NCBI RefSeq assembly: GCF_009834535.1
Contig: NC_045707.1
Coordinates: forward strand, 50,470,001 to 50,534,000
Direction: 5' to 3'
Length of the DNA: 64,000 nt
Source of the DNA: Camelus ferus
Lineage: Eukaryota
Shown: positions 24,878-38,239 of the stretch, one piece after another
Numbering within the stretch: the first letter of the stretch is position 1
Layout: each line of letters opens with the position of its first letter
The notes under the pieces: generated by a model
Databases searched by the model: none
What the model was told of the DNA's origin: nothing
Seen by the model: the letters and a program-made list of their open reading frames with translations, nothing else
Program-made: the position numbers and the translations under genes

Positions 24878-25950
24878 GGGGTAGACATTACTAGTGCTCA
24901 CCAATATCTTGTTCTCTTCTCCTTCCTAGTCATATGTAAAACTCTACTTCTCAGAACACTTGCAGCTGGGGGAATGGAACTAGTTCTGGTAATACAATCT
25001 ATGTAGTTATTGGACTGCAGTAAGCAATGTCAACCACCAAACATACCCATGTCCTAGTTCCCAGAACCTGTGAATATGTTACCTTCCCTGGCTAAAGTAA
25101 CTTTGCAAATGAGTTTAAGGTAGGGATCTTGAGCTGGGATAGCTATCCTGAATTATCCAATGGGCCAACATAATTGTAAGGGCCTAAAAGAGATGTGTTA
25201 ACAGAAGCAGAGAGGAGAGAGGAATGGAAGGAGGGAAGAAGGGAAGTAGGTGGTGGCAGTGGAGAGAGAGAGAGGGCTCTGAAGATGCTATATTGCTGGC
25301 TTTGGAGATGGAGGAATGGCCCCTGAGTCAAGGAATGTAGACAGCCTCTAAAATCTAGAAAAAATAAGGGAGTAGATTCTCTCAGACCCTTAAGAAAGAC
25401 TCAGCTGACACTTAAGACTTCAGCCCAATGAGATTCAACTGAGCCTCTGACCTTCAGAGCTACAAGATTAAAGCTGTGTTGTTCTAAGCCACTATACTTG
25501 TGGTAATTTGTTATTAGTAGAAATAGGAAACTAATCCTGAGGTAATGGATATCTCTGAAGGATTCTACATCCTGCTTTCCCCCCAACAATGAACATGGAA
25601 GTCCTGTGATGGCAGAGCTATGAGACTGATTTCAGCCTAGACTGATGATAAAGAGAGCTGCCTGGGAGAGCCCCTGATCTAGGCATAGCTGAGAGAGCAC
25701 TTTCTGTTACCGTGCTAGGTTTTGAAAGGTAAGGAAGCCAGCAGCAGCTTAGCTGGATGGTCTGGCTCAGGGTCTCTCCTGGGGTTGCTGTTAAGGTATC
25801 AATCATGGCTGCAGACTCTGAACGCCTGACTGAGGCTTAAGGTTTTGCCTTCAAGCTCACTCTCATGGCCATTTGCAAGAGGCTTCAGTTCCTCACTGGC
25901 TTGGATCACTTGGAGGATCATTGTCACGAGGCCCCTCTTGGAGGCTGGTT
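24878..25950. mobile_element. Cluster of MLT1 LTRs: MLT1C/D (about 25016-25538, +) nested in an older MLT1I/J, plus an antisense MLT1 piece
   Basis: cccagaacctgtgaatatgttacctt...gctggctttggagatggagg...ctaagccactatacttgtggtaatttgtta...aataggaaactaat. Confidence 0.75.
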
Positions 25951-26603
25951 ACCACTGGGGGCAGGGAAATGTGAAGGAATGAGCCTTACTTGACTATTTG
26001 TGGTGGGGAGGTGGCCTGTTTGTGATATGAGTATCTGCACCCAACCTCATTTGGGATTTTTCAATTGTGTGCGCCAATTAATGTCTTCCCCCTCCTCCCT
26101 GTAAGTTAGTTTGAATGTGGTTTCTGTCTCCTGACATTTAAAAAGTCTTGATAATAAAGGAACTGTTTGTTTATACATTTGATTTCCAAGTAGCTTTTGA
26201 TAATACTTTTCTCATTTTTTTCAACGATAGTTCCTGGAGTATTATATCAGGTACTCCTGTCTCCTCTTTCCTTGTATAAATCCCTGAGTCTCCATCATAA
26301 AGCAAATGTGTGACTTCCCAAAGTTAAAAGACTAAGAATATTATCAAGTTCTTTTTTTTCCCCCTAGAGTTAGACAAATTGATTATAAACTTCATTTGGA
26401 AAAATAAATAAATGAGAATAGTCAGGAAAACCCTAGGGAAGATACTGGGGGCAGGTTACCTCTAGCAGATAAATTAAACTTACTATAAAGTCTCTAATTA
26501 AAAGTGTTATATTGGCACATGGAAAGACAGACTGATGGAATAGAATAGAAAATGCAGAAACAAATCCAAATTAATTCTTAAATTTAGTTTAGGATAAAGA
26601 TGG

Positions 26604-27639
26604 TGTTTAGCTTCCTACTGCTGTTCTAACAAATCACTACAAACTTAATGACTAAAACAACACAAGTTTAGTAATCTGTTGGTTCTGTGGACCAGACATC
26701 TGAAATGGTTCTCAGTGGGTTAAAATCAAGGTGTCTGCAGGGGTGCTTTTCTTCCTTAGGCTTTAGGAGAGAGCCATTTCCTTGCTTTCTCTACCTTCAA
26801 CAGGACCCCCCTGCATTTAATGGCTCACAGCTTGTTGGGGAGGGAAAACTCTACCCCTCCACCCCTCTCAAGTTCTTGTGGCTGGACTAATAACAGAATT
26901 GACATGAGGCAGATTAACAGGAGAAAAAGAAATGAATTTTAATTCATGTACATGGAGGTCTCACAGAAATGGGTCCTAAGAAGTGGCCAAAGCTGCAGCT
27001 TTTGTATGTTTTAGAAAAATAAACAATAAATTTGTGAGGAATTGACAAAACAAAGAATTTAGGTTTTGGATGCTCAATTAGTGAAAAAGAATCTAAACAG
27101 AGATTGAGCTTGGGGTAGTAAATTAAGGAAGTAACAAGGTTTGTTTATACAGGCTGCTGGGCCCAAATTCCCTCTCTCTGGCAATAAGGGTGTCCTTCTA
27201 CCTCCAGATGCAGGGAGTGCACCTTTCACATAGGAGATTTATTTCCTGCTTTTAGGAAGACAGAAAGGAGGGTCAGGGTGTCCCTCTTGTGTTGGCCGTT
27301 CCTTAAGTAATTACTGAGGCATGTTTTGGGGTGGCCCACCATGGGCCCCAACAGGCTCGTGGCGCCTCCCTTCCTCTTCAAAGCCAGCAGCATAGCATTT
27401 CAAATCCTTCTCTGACTCTGTCTTTGTCTTCTGCCTCCCTCTTCCACTTTAAAGGTCTCTGTGATGATATTGAGCCTACCTAGATAAAAGCAATCTCTTT
27501 ACTTTAAGGACAGCTAATTAGTAAACTTAACTCCATTTGCTACCTTAATTCCCCTTTGCCATATAAACATATTCACAGGTTCCAGGGATTAGGACTTGAA
27601 TATCTTTGTAGGGGAGGGGGCATTAGTCTACCTACCACA
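26604..27639 (-). mobile_element. MLT1C/D solo LTR (split by an ERV1-type LTR)
   Basis: Begins tgtttagcttcctactgctg and ends cctaccaca; perfect 5-bp TSD GATGG at 26599-26603 and 27640-27644. Confidence 0.85.
26833..27353 (-). mobile_element. ERV1-class solo LTR
   Basis: Perfect 8-bp terminal inverted repeat TGTTGGGG...CCCCAACA; flanks agct/ggct (4-bp TSD, 1 mismatch); gacatgaggcagattaacaggagaaaa motif typical of antisense ERV1 LTRs. Confidence 0.75.
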
Positions 27640-27763
27640 GATGGCATCTCAAATGAGGGGAAAAATGAATTTATAAAATAAATGATGTCAAGATAAATCG
27701 TTTATGAGAAAAAAAAAAACAGAAGCAGATTTACATGATACACTGGAATAAATTTCACATGTA

Positions 27764-27963
27764 CAGTTGACCTTTGAACAACATAGGTTTGAATTGCATG
27801 GGTCAACTTATATAGGAATTTTTCAGTAACTACTTATTATAGTACTATACTAACTGAGGATGCAGAGCCTCAGAATCGGAGGGCTGACTATAAGTTATGT
27901 TTGGATTTTTGACTGCTGAGAGGGCCAGTGTCCCCAACTCCTTGTTTGTTCAAGGGTCAACTT
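27764..27963 (+). mobile_element. Tigger2a-type MITE
   Basis: TIRs cagttgacctttgaacaa...ttgttcaagggtcaact, preceded by TA. Confidence 0.85.
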
Positions 27964-28985
27964 CATAAGAAATTCAAATGTAAAATTACAAAACCATACA
28001 AGTACTAGAGGAAATATGAGTGAATTCCTCTATAGATAGAAATAGGTAAAAACTTTCCTAAATATAACTCTAAATTCAAAAGCAATAAGGGTAGATAAAA
28101 ATGTGTATGTTTGTATATCCATTTATATGAAATTTTTTCAAGACAGGAAATATAACAAACAGAGGAACATATTTTCAGTTTATCTCCCAAACATTCCTAA
28201 TATTTGATATAATGGGAGAATAAAAAGACCAATAACTCTACAGAAAATTGAGCTAGAAAAATGAATAGTCCAAAAAAAAGATATGCAAAGGGTTTTGAAA
28301 ATATGGAATGGTAATCAAAACTGCTTATAGTAAGAGAAATGCAAATTAAAACCCATTAAGATATTTGATGATCAAAAATCAAAAAGTTTGGCAACGTGAA
28401 CTGTTGGATGGCTGTGGGAAAATAGGTACTCTTATACACTGTCAATGTGAAGGCAACACAGCACAAGGTCTATGGTGGGAGTTTGGAAAAATCTAGAAAT
28501 TACATGTGTATTTACCCTTTGACCCAGCAATTCCACTAGGAGTCAGTCTCAAGGGTACACTAGCACAAATTCAAAAATGCATTTGCTCAAGACTGTTATT
28601 GAAGGACTTTTTATCCTATTAAAATACTGGAACCACACTGAATGTACATCAATAAGGAGTGGTTGAGTAGACTATGGCCTAACCATCCAATGGAGGTACT
28701 ATGCAACTATAAAAAAGAATGGGGAAAATCTCTGTGTGCTACTATAGATACGCCCAGGATATATTGTGAAGTGAAGAAAAGCAAGGCGGAGAAAATGTAT
28801 ATATATTTATCTAAGTATAGTATGCTATATAAAAATAAAACAATGAAGAAAAAGCGTAACATTAAAAGAAGTGGTTACTTCTAGGGAGAGGGAGAGAATA
28901 GGGTAGAGAGGACAGGAATATAAGCCAAACTTCTTTAAATATACCTTATTTTGGTGTAATTTATCTTAAAATTAAATCTTAGCTT

Positions 28986-29650
28986 AGTAGGATATTGCGG
29001 TTTATAATAAGAAATACATATTTTGCTTCCACCCACTGTTTCTGACAAAGAGCTCCTAAAATCCTTGGAATTTCTGAAGTGATGACCCCAAAAAGGGTTA
29101 TTTGTTATGTTAATGAGGCAACATCCTCACCTAAGATCGGGGCTGACTGCCAGGAAAACCAACACTGTGACTAGAGCCTTAGAACTTTCAGTCCTACAAG
29201 ACCCCCCAACCTCAAGGGAGGGGAGAGGAGCTGCATGTTAAATCATGCCCTTTCCCTGTACCTTGCCTTAGGCATCTCTTCCAGTGGGCTATTCCTGAGT
29301 TATATCCTTCTATACTAAACCAGTGATCTGGTAAATAAAATATTTCTCTGAGTTCTGTGAGTCACTCTAGCAAATTAATAGAACCCAAGGAGGAGGTTGT
29401 TGGAACCTTCAAAATGTAGCAGAGTCAGAAGCACAGAGGACAACCTGGGCTTGCAAGTGGCATCTGAAGTATGTGTCGGGGACAGTCTTGTAGGGCTGAA
29501 CCGTTAACCTGTGGAATTGGATGCTATCTCTGAGTAGCTAGTGCCTGAACTGAGTTGAGTTGTAGGACACCCAGGTGGTGTCTGAGAATTGCTTGTTGGA
29601 TGTATGGGGGAACACCCTACTCCAGTGGTAGAACTGGGTGCAGAACTTTT
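28986..29650 (+). mobile_element. MER21C-like LTR
   Basis: agagctcctaaaatccttggaatttc...ctgagttctgtgagtcactctagcaaattaatagaacccaagg...gtaggacacccagg. Confidence 0.8.
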
Positions 29651-29654
29651 ACTT

Positions 29655-30850
29655 AGTCCGATGAAAAGGCCTAAAACCCATGGCTAACCAAAGAGCAATA
29701 AGCCCCCTTGCACTTCAGAGTTTGGTCTTAAAATTCTGTTTCCCACTAAAATGAACCAAAGTGCTTGATATAGGAAATGTACCAGGTGAGTTTGAAATAT
29801 TTTACTGTAAGAGTTAGCAAGGAAGCTATCAAGGACTACTAAGGTTATGTTAAAAGGATTCAGGAATCAACCTAAAGAGGATCCCACTGGCAAAAGATGG
29901 AATAATTCCAATTGTGCTAGGAAAAAAAAGTTCTATAGCTGTTTGAGCAGTGCTTTGTATGTACAATGATATAACTCTGCTGGTCATTATTAAAGTTTCT
30001 TCATATTTACTGATTTGGGTTTGATTATTCTTTCAGTTACTGGGCAAGTAGCCATGTATTACAATAAAATCAACTTTATCAGAAAGAAGATGGAACAATC
30101 TGATCATCAATAAGAATGCCAACTGCAGTGACTTTAATACAAAATATGTTTTAATCAATTGATTCTTAATAATACTTACAAGAAAAATAATCACCAAAAC
30201 CAAATGTATTGGTTCCAGAATTCTAGGGAACCAATTATTTATTTTTAAAACTAGTTAAAAAAAATAGGGAGGAATCAAGCATTTACCTCACCTTCCTTCT
30301 ATTGTACTATTGGATAACCATTAGGTAAATGCCTTTCCTATAATGCACCATTGGTAATTAATGGGTAGAGGAGAAGTTTTCTTTTATAGAAATATTCTAG
30401 GAAATAAATGAAGGAATAATAGCATTGCAGTATTATCTCTTCACTGCTCCCTGCCCCACCACTGATATCCATGAGGGATCAAGACACTGAGTATCAATTT
30501 TGGTATAAAACTAAAGGAGAGACAGTATGCCTCCTGATGAACAATACTACATCATACATTGAGAAGTCTTGTAAGAACTCAAATCTGAATCTGATCAAGC
30601 CTTAAATTTAAAAACTGACAGGAAACATAGAGAACACAGGGACCTACTAACTCACAGGGACGCAATTAACAAAATTCAGACTGAGGGAAACTCTAGAGAC
30701 CTCTAAAGATCAAGTGACTCAATATTTCTAACAAATAAATATCAAGAGAATAATATGGAGGAGACTATTGATTCAAATAGACTTAAGAGATTCATCGATC
30801 AAATTTAATGCACCAAACTGATGAATAAAGGGAAAGGTCAAGCATTCATC
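29655..30850 (+). mobile_element. L1MC-type 3'UTR fragments
   Basis: tttcccactaaaatgaacc; aatctgaatctgatcaagcct; gattcaaatagacttaagaga. Confidence 0.55.
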
Positions 30851-31019
30851 TGTTTCCTATTCAATATACCCCAGACCCCAGCCAGAGCACATGTCTTCTG
30901 ATCATCCTTTTCAATCTGTATTTTGGACGTTGAATGGACTCCATGGAGATTTGTTCTCCAATTGGTGAAGACTTCATTATGATAATGCTGATGTATTATT
31001 CATGATAATAGTGGTGATG

Positions 31020-31200
31020 ATAATAACATAACAAATTTCTTGAACCCTCCTTATGTGTGAGGAACTGTGTATTATTTCATTTACTTTCCCAGAAATGCTA
31101 ATATAAGTGCTTTAGTAATTCCATATTACAGATGAGGAAACAGAGGCTCTTACAAAAATTGAATGAATCGCTCATGATCCCACGTCAATATTAAGCTGGA
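31020..31200 (-). mobile_element. MIR SINE
   Basis: ccatattacagatgaggaaacagaggctc. Confidence 0.7.
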
Positions 31201-34200
31201 GGCTTATTCCTGAGAACTAAGATTCCCTGCCCAGGCTGTTACCTTTCTCAAGTACTTGATTTACCATAAAGGTAAAAGAAGAGGTTACCTTTTGGATTTC
31301 ATGTTCCCTGATACTATAAATATAGCTAAGCAAGTGGCTCCATCGCCTCTAGAATGAATAACACGAATAGGACATACAGTGAAATCTGTACCCTTTTTAT
31401 AGCTGAGGGATCTGTGCCTTTGCATCTAGACTGGAGTTCTGCTGTAAATGGACTGCCATTTCAGGATCGCTTCAGGGACCAATGGTGGTATAGGGGAATG
31501 TTTTAGTCTAATAATATTAACCTGAATATAAAAAATGTGTTATCTAGGGACATAATGTACTTTCGCATTAGAGAGTAAGAAAGGAAAAAAAATTAAAACT
31601 AGAGCAGAGTGGTAGAAAGGTGAAGAGGAAAATAGGTTATGGAAATGAGAAGTCAGCTGGGAAATAAGCTTAATGAATAATTAGTAAGAGGGGCTGGGGA
31701 TGTATGTAAAGCTGGGCTCACTCTGCAAACTGCATACTATATGGTGGTTAGAAGGACACCATAGACTGCCAACACTTTTTGTTTTATTTTGTTTTTCATC
31801 TCATTAATGACAGCAATTTCAATACTGCTATTTGAATTGCAGACTACTGCACAGACGAGGGGATATTTCTTACACTTGCTTTGCATATGACTTCTGTGTT
31901 TTATCATTAAGTAGGGCTACTGAGGTCCATTTGGGTCACTCTAGCAATTATTCTGGGTGCAGTAGAAGTTGGCAATGTTGTGCCAAGATCTATCATGGAC
32001 TATAACTTATTTTTTATTATAAAATGAGAATAAATTGGAACCTTTGATTTCCAAGGGTCATTCTTGAATTATGAGCCGGCTAACCCTAGAAGGATGGTTG
32101 GCAAATGCATTTTTAGGTTATATTTTAAAATATCTAGATGTAGTTTGAGCCTTGTTTTTTGTTTTTATTTGTTTTATTCTGTAAGATTAACTATTAAATC
32201 TTATTCTCAGTGCATGAAGCATAGAATAATAATAACAAAGTAATAATGATAGTATTTTGAGCATGAAAAGTACTGGCCCACGTGAGGCTGAGATGTGAAT
32301 AAGAACGTCCTGGGATGGTAGGCTAGGACTACTGATTCAAAGCTCAAACAATCTAAATTTAAATCTTCCTTTATTACGTGGCTCACATAAATCTACGTCC
32401 CTGGGTCTGCCCTTCTGTCAAACATTCCAGTACTTTCTCATATCCTTTGTTAAGAGTCTGACTTTGCTTAAAACTTTACAGCACAGAGATCATAGAATTA
32501 TGTTTCCTTTACCTCTGTCTACTCTTTTCCCAATAATTCTGCCTTCTTTGAAGGCTGGTATGCTCATTGCCACAGGGGACTTGATTTATTCTTTAGTTCT
32601 CCCTAAAAAGAAAAAAAGCTGACAACATTCTGGAATACTTTGATTAGTTGTGGATTAGATACTGGTTTGTGTAACTGGTTTAGGGAAGGACTAATCCTAG
32701 GGAATAACAAAATGCATTGAATCTGTCAGGTGCTTAATAAATAGTTTGTGATTTGATCAACTACATGTCCTGTTCTCAGGCACATAAAGCTTTTTCCCAA
32801 GCAGTCCTTATTTTTGTTTTGGCTCTGAATTAAGCCTTGACAAATCTGACAGGCTTTTTCTGCAGAATAACAAGGCACCACCCTGAAGTCCAGCAGCCCT
32901 GTATAGTATTGGATTTCCTCTCTGCAAGGCCAAAAAGTCATTGCTTTTGCTATTGTAATGCCATATTAAGAATTCTCCACCCTGTAAACAAGACAATTTA
33001 AAACCCACTGACGTAAATCAAAAACAAAAGTAATCTCACGTAAATAGGAGAGACAATAATTTATCAGACAATTTCCTAAAGGGATCTCTGTTTGTTTGTG
33101 AACCTGAACTTGAATTTTACACACAGCCTTCACTTTTGCTGTTGCTGAGGTGAAGAACCAGTGACCTGGTGAAAACTCATTTATATCTCAAAGCTTCTAC
33201 TCAGAACTGACATATTGTCAAAGGAAGTCCACACTGAAGCCGAAAGTCAATGAGTTGAGATGTATTAAAGGAAATACTCTACTGTCTGCTTTCGTGATCA
33301 AACATATTGTTTCCTTTCTTCTGCAATCAAAATATATTCACTCCCACCTCTAAGGAAGAAATTCTGAATATCTCACCCAACCTGGGCACAAAGTGCAAAA
33401 CCTAGGGTCTCATGACAGGCTTTCCATAGATTGAAGATCTGAAGATCTATCAAATAAAAGTGCACTTCTCTCAAGATACAATCGTGGGACAGTGAATAAT
33501 AACTGCAACAAACACTCTCACTGGAAATAAGATAAGAAATGTTACTAGATGTGGCCTTAATTTTTCCCAATCCATTGTTTTTCTAGGTGGTGGAATCATC
33601 TCTCTGGAAGAGCCTTTATTTCTATCACACTCCTCAGCCACATCTTATCAGTGCATTAGATAGTATGCATCTCTGGAGGCTGAGCAGCTTGCTAAGACAG
33701 CTCCCTATTTGTAGGAAACTGGGGGTCTCAAAAATGTTTTATGCTTTAATAATGAGTCTCTTTCAACCTGGGCTATTAGAACTTTTGGTAAAAAGTCTAT
33801 CCAAAATGTAGCTTTTAAAAAATTATTTGATTTCAATCAGCAACAAGTGCAAATAGTCATGCTCCTATTCTTTTGAGATATGCCTTTCTCTCTAGACTAC
33901 AGATTACTTGAGCTACCAGGCTTCAAGGAAATGGTGGGCGTCTCTTTTTTGCGAAGGCATTTTATCCAACTGTCTAGTGGTCACCTTAAACCAATCTGAG
34001 TTTTTTAAAAAAGATTATGAATGCCCTTTATTTGGGAATGTATTTTCATCTGAATTTTTAATGCCTCTTTGCTCAAAGCATTTCCAATTTTCTTTGACTA
34101 ATTGGAAACATTTCTGTTTTCTGGCTCTGCAACGCCAATAATTCCTGTTTGCACTCATTTCCTTTTCTTCCCTGCTTGCAAAGCAGCCCAACCTTTGCTG

Positions 34201-34479
34201 ACTTTGCCTGACAATTCTAGGGAAGAAAATAACCAAGTCACACTAGTAACATTCTGTTTTAAAACCTCTTCCCCCAAAGCTAGTTCTTCATTAGGTAGAC
34301 TATCTGCTTTCTAAATTGTTGCAGGTGACATTTTACTTAAATATTTTGCCGCTGCATACTGTGGGTCACCAATTTTCCAGCTTCTAATAACAGTTTATTT
34401 ATAACCTGTCTCTTGGACCCAAGGTCAATACACAGATTTTCAGCTTCTTGTTATAAGAGCACCTCACTTTAAGATACCA

Positions 34480-34830
34480 ATATCTGTTTTAGTCAACTTT
34501 ACTATGATAACAAATAAGCGCAAAGTCTTAGTGCCTGTAACAGCAAAAATTAACTTATTGTTCATGTTACACAGAATCTCAGGTCAGCTGCTGTTCAGCT
34601 GGATGCTTTAAATAGGCTGGGCTCTGCTCTGCTGTCCTTTCACTCTGTGACTGAAAGTTTAGCTTCTGTGCCAGCCATTCACAATGCCTCTTAATGCTTC
34701 CACTCAGACTGGGAAGTAAAGGAACTGGCATACTGTCCTTTCTGCTCACATTCTATTTTCCAGAGCAAATTACAAAGCTCAGACTACAATCAGAGGGCAA
34801 AGAAATACAGAAATACAGAGAAGGACCACG
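34480..34830 (-). mobile_element. Old MLT1 (J/K-like) LTR
   Basis: gataacaaataagcgcaaagtcttagtgcctgtaacagc...tctgctcacattctattttccagagcaaattaca. Confidence 0.55.
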
Positions 34831-34879
34831 TGAATGATGCAAATATTAATGAAATTTATATTCATGATCCTAGCTCAAA

Positions 34880-37850
34880 TGATTTGAAAGAGAGCACAGA
34901 ATAAACTATCCCCATAAAAATGGAAAGAAACAGAAAAAAAAAAAGAAAAAAATTAACAGAAAACAACATCAAAAAGTTATTCACTAAACCAAATCCTTAA
35001 AAAGAGAAAAAACTAAACTAAAAAACTCAGAAACCTCTGGCAAGCTTGATCAAACAAAATGAAAGAGGCCAAAACATGAAAAGAGGGCTATAACCAGAGA
35101 TGCAGCAAAGATGACAAATAAGAGAATTAGATGAACAATTTGATCAGAGAAGATAGACGTTCAAGACAAATTTGTAGAACTCTTTGGCTAACACAACCAT
35201 TTGTACAGAATGTAAATACCTAAAAGACACCATAAGGAAATTGAAGCAGTAATTTAAAATCTACCCTAAGTTAAAACACCAGATTCAGATAGTCTTATGG
35301 GCAAGTTTTATCAAACAATGAAGGAACAAATGCTTTGATCTTACACAAAATATTGTACGGAATACAAAATAAAAAAAAGAGAAAACATCTTCCCCTAAAT
35401 AATTCTAGAAGGCTAAGCTAACATTGGATATCAAAACCTGACATGTACAGAAACAGAAAGAAAATTTATAGAGCCATCTTAATCATGAACATAAATTTTA
35501 AAATTCTATATATAATATTAGCAAAAAATATTAGGACTATATTAAAAGCTTAATATATCTTGAACAATTTGGATTTATTCCAGCAATGCAAGTCTTGTTT
35601 AACATTTGAACGTCAGTTATTGTAATTTTTAATATAAAATGTTTAAATGATTGGGATTAACATATACAATAATAAAATATATATATAACTTAATCACTTT
35701 GTATACTTGAAACTAATGCAATATTGTAAATCAATTATACTTCAAGTCTAAAAAGCTTAAATTAAAAAAATTAGGTTATTATCTCAATAGAATCATAAAA
35801 ATCTTTTGATAAAACTCAGTGTTGGTTGATATACACACCTAGTAAGTTAGGAACAAAAAAGAACTCTAACTAATAAGCAGGATCCAGACAAATACTCAGA
35901 AAATATTTCAATAATGGACTATTTAAAATCTTTCCTTTCAGATCATAAAAGATAAGGCTGCATTCTAGCACCACTTTTATTCAATTTTGTGCCTAAGGCA
36001 GTAAGACAAGAAAAAGAAGTGAGAGATATAAGGACTGCAAAGAAAGAAAGAAATATCATTTGCAACAGAAAGTTTGGTGATGATTATAGATACAAAGTGA
36101 AATATAAAAATCACTTCTAGGCACAGGCAACAAGGAAGAAGAAAATGCAATAATAATAGTAATATGCCAGTTATAATATCCCCAAGAAATATTAAGTACC
36201 TGGGAGCAGGTGTAACATAAGATGTGTCAGACCATAATACAAAAAAGAAATTCAATTTTACTGAAAGATATTAAAGAAACTTGCATAAAGTGGTAAATCA
36301 CTTTTGTGAATTCAAAACCTCAATACTATAAATACATGAATTTCAAAATCCCAATAGGTATTTTTGTGAAACTTGGCAAGTTAATTTTAAATTTTAAATT
36401 GAAAAGAAAAACCTGAAAGTAGGCAGAACTCTCCTGAAAAAAAAGATCAGTGACTGAATTTCCATTATCAGATATGAAGACTGATAACTCTTTAATAATT
36501 AAAATGGTGTGATATTAGTGTAAAAAAAGACAAATGGACCATTGGAACAGAAAAAGGTGTCCAGAAACATACTCTTGACAGTATGGAAAACTGATTTATA
36601 ACAGGGATAGTATTGAGATCTGGGGAGAAAGATTTTTTTTTTAATTAAGTAGAGCGGGACAATTGGTTTTTCATATAGAAAAAAAGAAATCGTATTCCTT
36701 ACCCCACAGCTTACAAAAAATCATTTCCTCCCAAATAAGAATTAAGTGATTAGGTGAATCCACTTAATCCTATGTGAATTAAGAATTTAAATGTAAAAGT
36801 CAAAATAATAAAACATTGAGAAGATCATATAACGTACTCTGTTTTAAAAATATGTATTACATGACATTAAAATTATCCCTACTAAATGGTTCACAAAGTT
36901 GACTTTATTATAATTAGAAATTATGCTCATTAAAATATACCATAAGGGAAATGAAACACCACAGATTTGAAAATATAGTTGCAAAACATAAAATGCAAAG
37001 TAGATGGACACAAAACATACAACAAACTCCTACAAAACCTCCATCCTAAAAAACAATCCAAAAAGGAAGAAAAGACTTTGCAGAAGAGGAATCATTAATG
37101 ACCATTAATTTAAGAAATACTGCTCAGCCTTGTTAGCAATCAGGGAAATGCAAATTAAATCTATAATGAGATATCATTTCATGTCCACTTACTAGTTTGA
37201 CTTCAAGTGCTGGTGATGATGTGGTAAACCAGAACACTTAAGCACTGATAGTGTGAATTTTAATGGGTACAACAACTTTGGAAAAAATTGAATACATTCT
37301 AATAGGATGAAAATGTGCATAACCTATGACATAGCAATTTCACACTTTGCTATATATTCTAGAAAATTCTTGCCCATATTCACTAGGAAGTACTGTTTAT
37401 AAATACCAACCAACCAACAAACAAACCTCACACATCTAGAAACTAAATGTCCACTATCAGTAGAACTGATAAATCCTGATCTCTTTATGTAACAAAATAC
37501 TATGTCTTTGAGAAAAATTTAAAAAACAGTTATACCCAATAATTTGGATGAATTCAGGAACGTGACGTTCAGTAAAAAAATAAGTTTAAAAATGAAAACA
37601 CATGTGGTAAAACTATAAAAAAACCAAGGGAGTGATAAAAACAAAATGCAACATCATGCTCCCCTGAACAACAGGAGATCTGGGTAAGATGAAAGGCACC
37701 TGCGACACAATGACGGTTAAGGTAAGATAAAGTTCTTTGTTAAACCGGGTGGTGAGTAAACGGAAGTTGTCGTACACTTTTTTATAATTATGTATATATA
37801 TAAATATTTCATACTTACTTAATATTCCATTATAAAACAACAATGAAGAA
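34880..37850 (+). mobile_element. Degenerate L1M ORF2 (RT to C-terminus) and 3'UTR
   Basis: A-rich strand; ggatttattccagcaatgcaag; aaatggaccattggaacagaa; cagggaaatgcaaattaaa; cctatgacatagcaatttcac; no open frame. Confidence 0.85.
35650..35748 (+). mobile_element. Short artiodactyl-type L1 3' end nested in older L1
   Basis: ttgggattaacatatac...atataacttaatcacttt...gaaactaatgcaatattgtaaatcaattatacttcaa. Confidence 0.6.
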
Positions 37851-38239
37851 CGCAAGACACAGAAGCAGTAGTCATACCTGTGGGATCACCAATATGTATG
37901 ACCTGATGGGATGCTAGGCATCTCTTTCAGGGCAGTGAAGACCCAGAGCACAACGTGCAGACAAGAGTTCTGCCCTGACACTGTGAACCTAATAGGCTTC
38001 ACTTTCTATAGATGCCTTCTGGGAGAAGACAGTGGCAAGGAAGACCTCTTCCTTTTAAAAAGGCAGAGATAGCCCCAATACAGAATTTGAGCTTGGAATC
38101 GAGAAAACACTTTCCACAAAGAGAACCGTTTTAATCTGAAAGACGTTGAATTTTCTTCGGACAAATTTCTCCTCTCCCACCATCATCAACGAGAATAGGG
38201 ACTCCAGAGGTACATAATATAAAATAAAACTATACTAAG

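Larger units (their letters stand above)
26365..28950 (+). mobile_element. Old L1 (L1MC/ME-like) ORF2 end and 3'UTR, interrupted by nested elements
   Basis: acaaattgattataaacttcatttgg; atggaatagaatagaaaatgcagaaac; agagaaatgcaaattaaaacc; tttgacccagcaattccact. Confidence 0.8.

Noticed and set aside
33560..33665. Strong + strand splice acceptor (ttgtttttctag|GTGG) as a coding exon start
   Set aside because: No convincing donor at exon distance and no recognisable peptide in any frame.
34880..37850. Functional reverse transcriptase locus
   Set aside because: Heavily decayed L1 ORF2 with no long sense ORF in the track.
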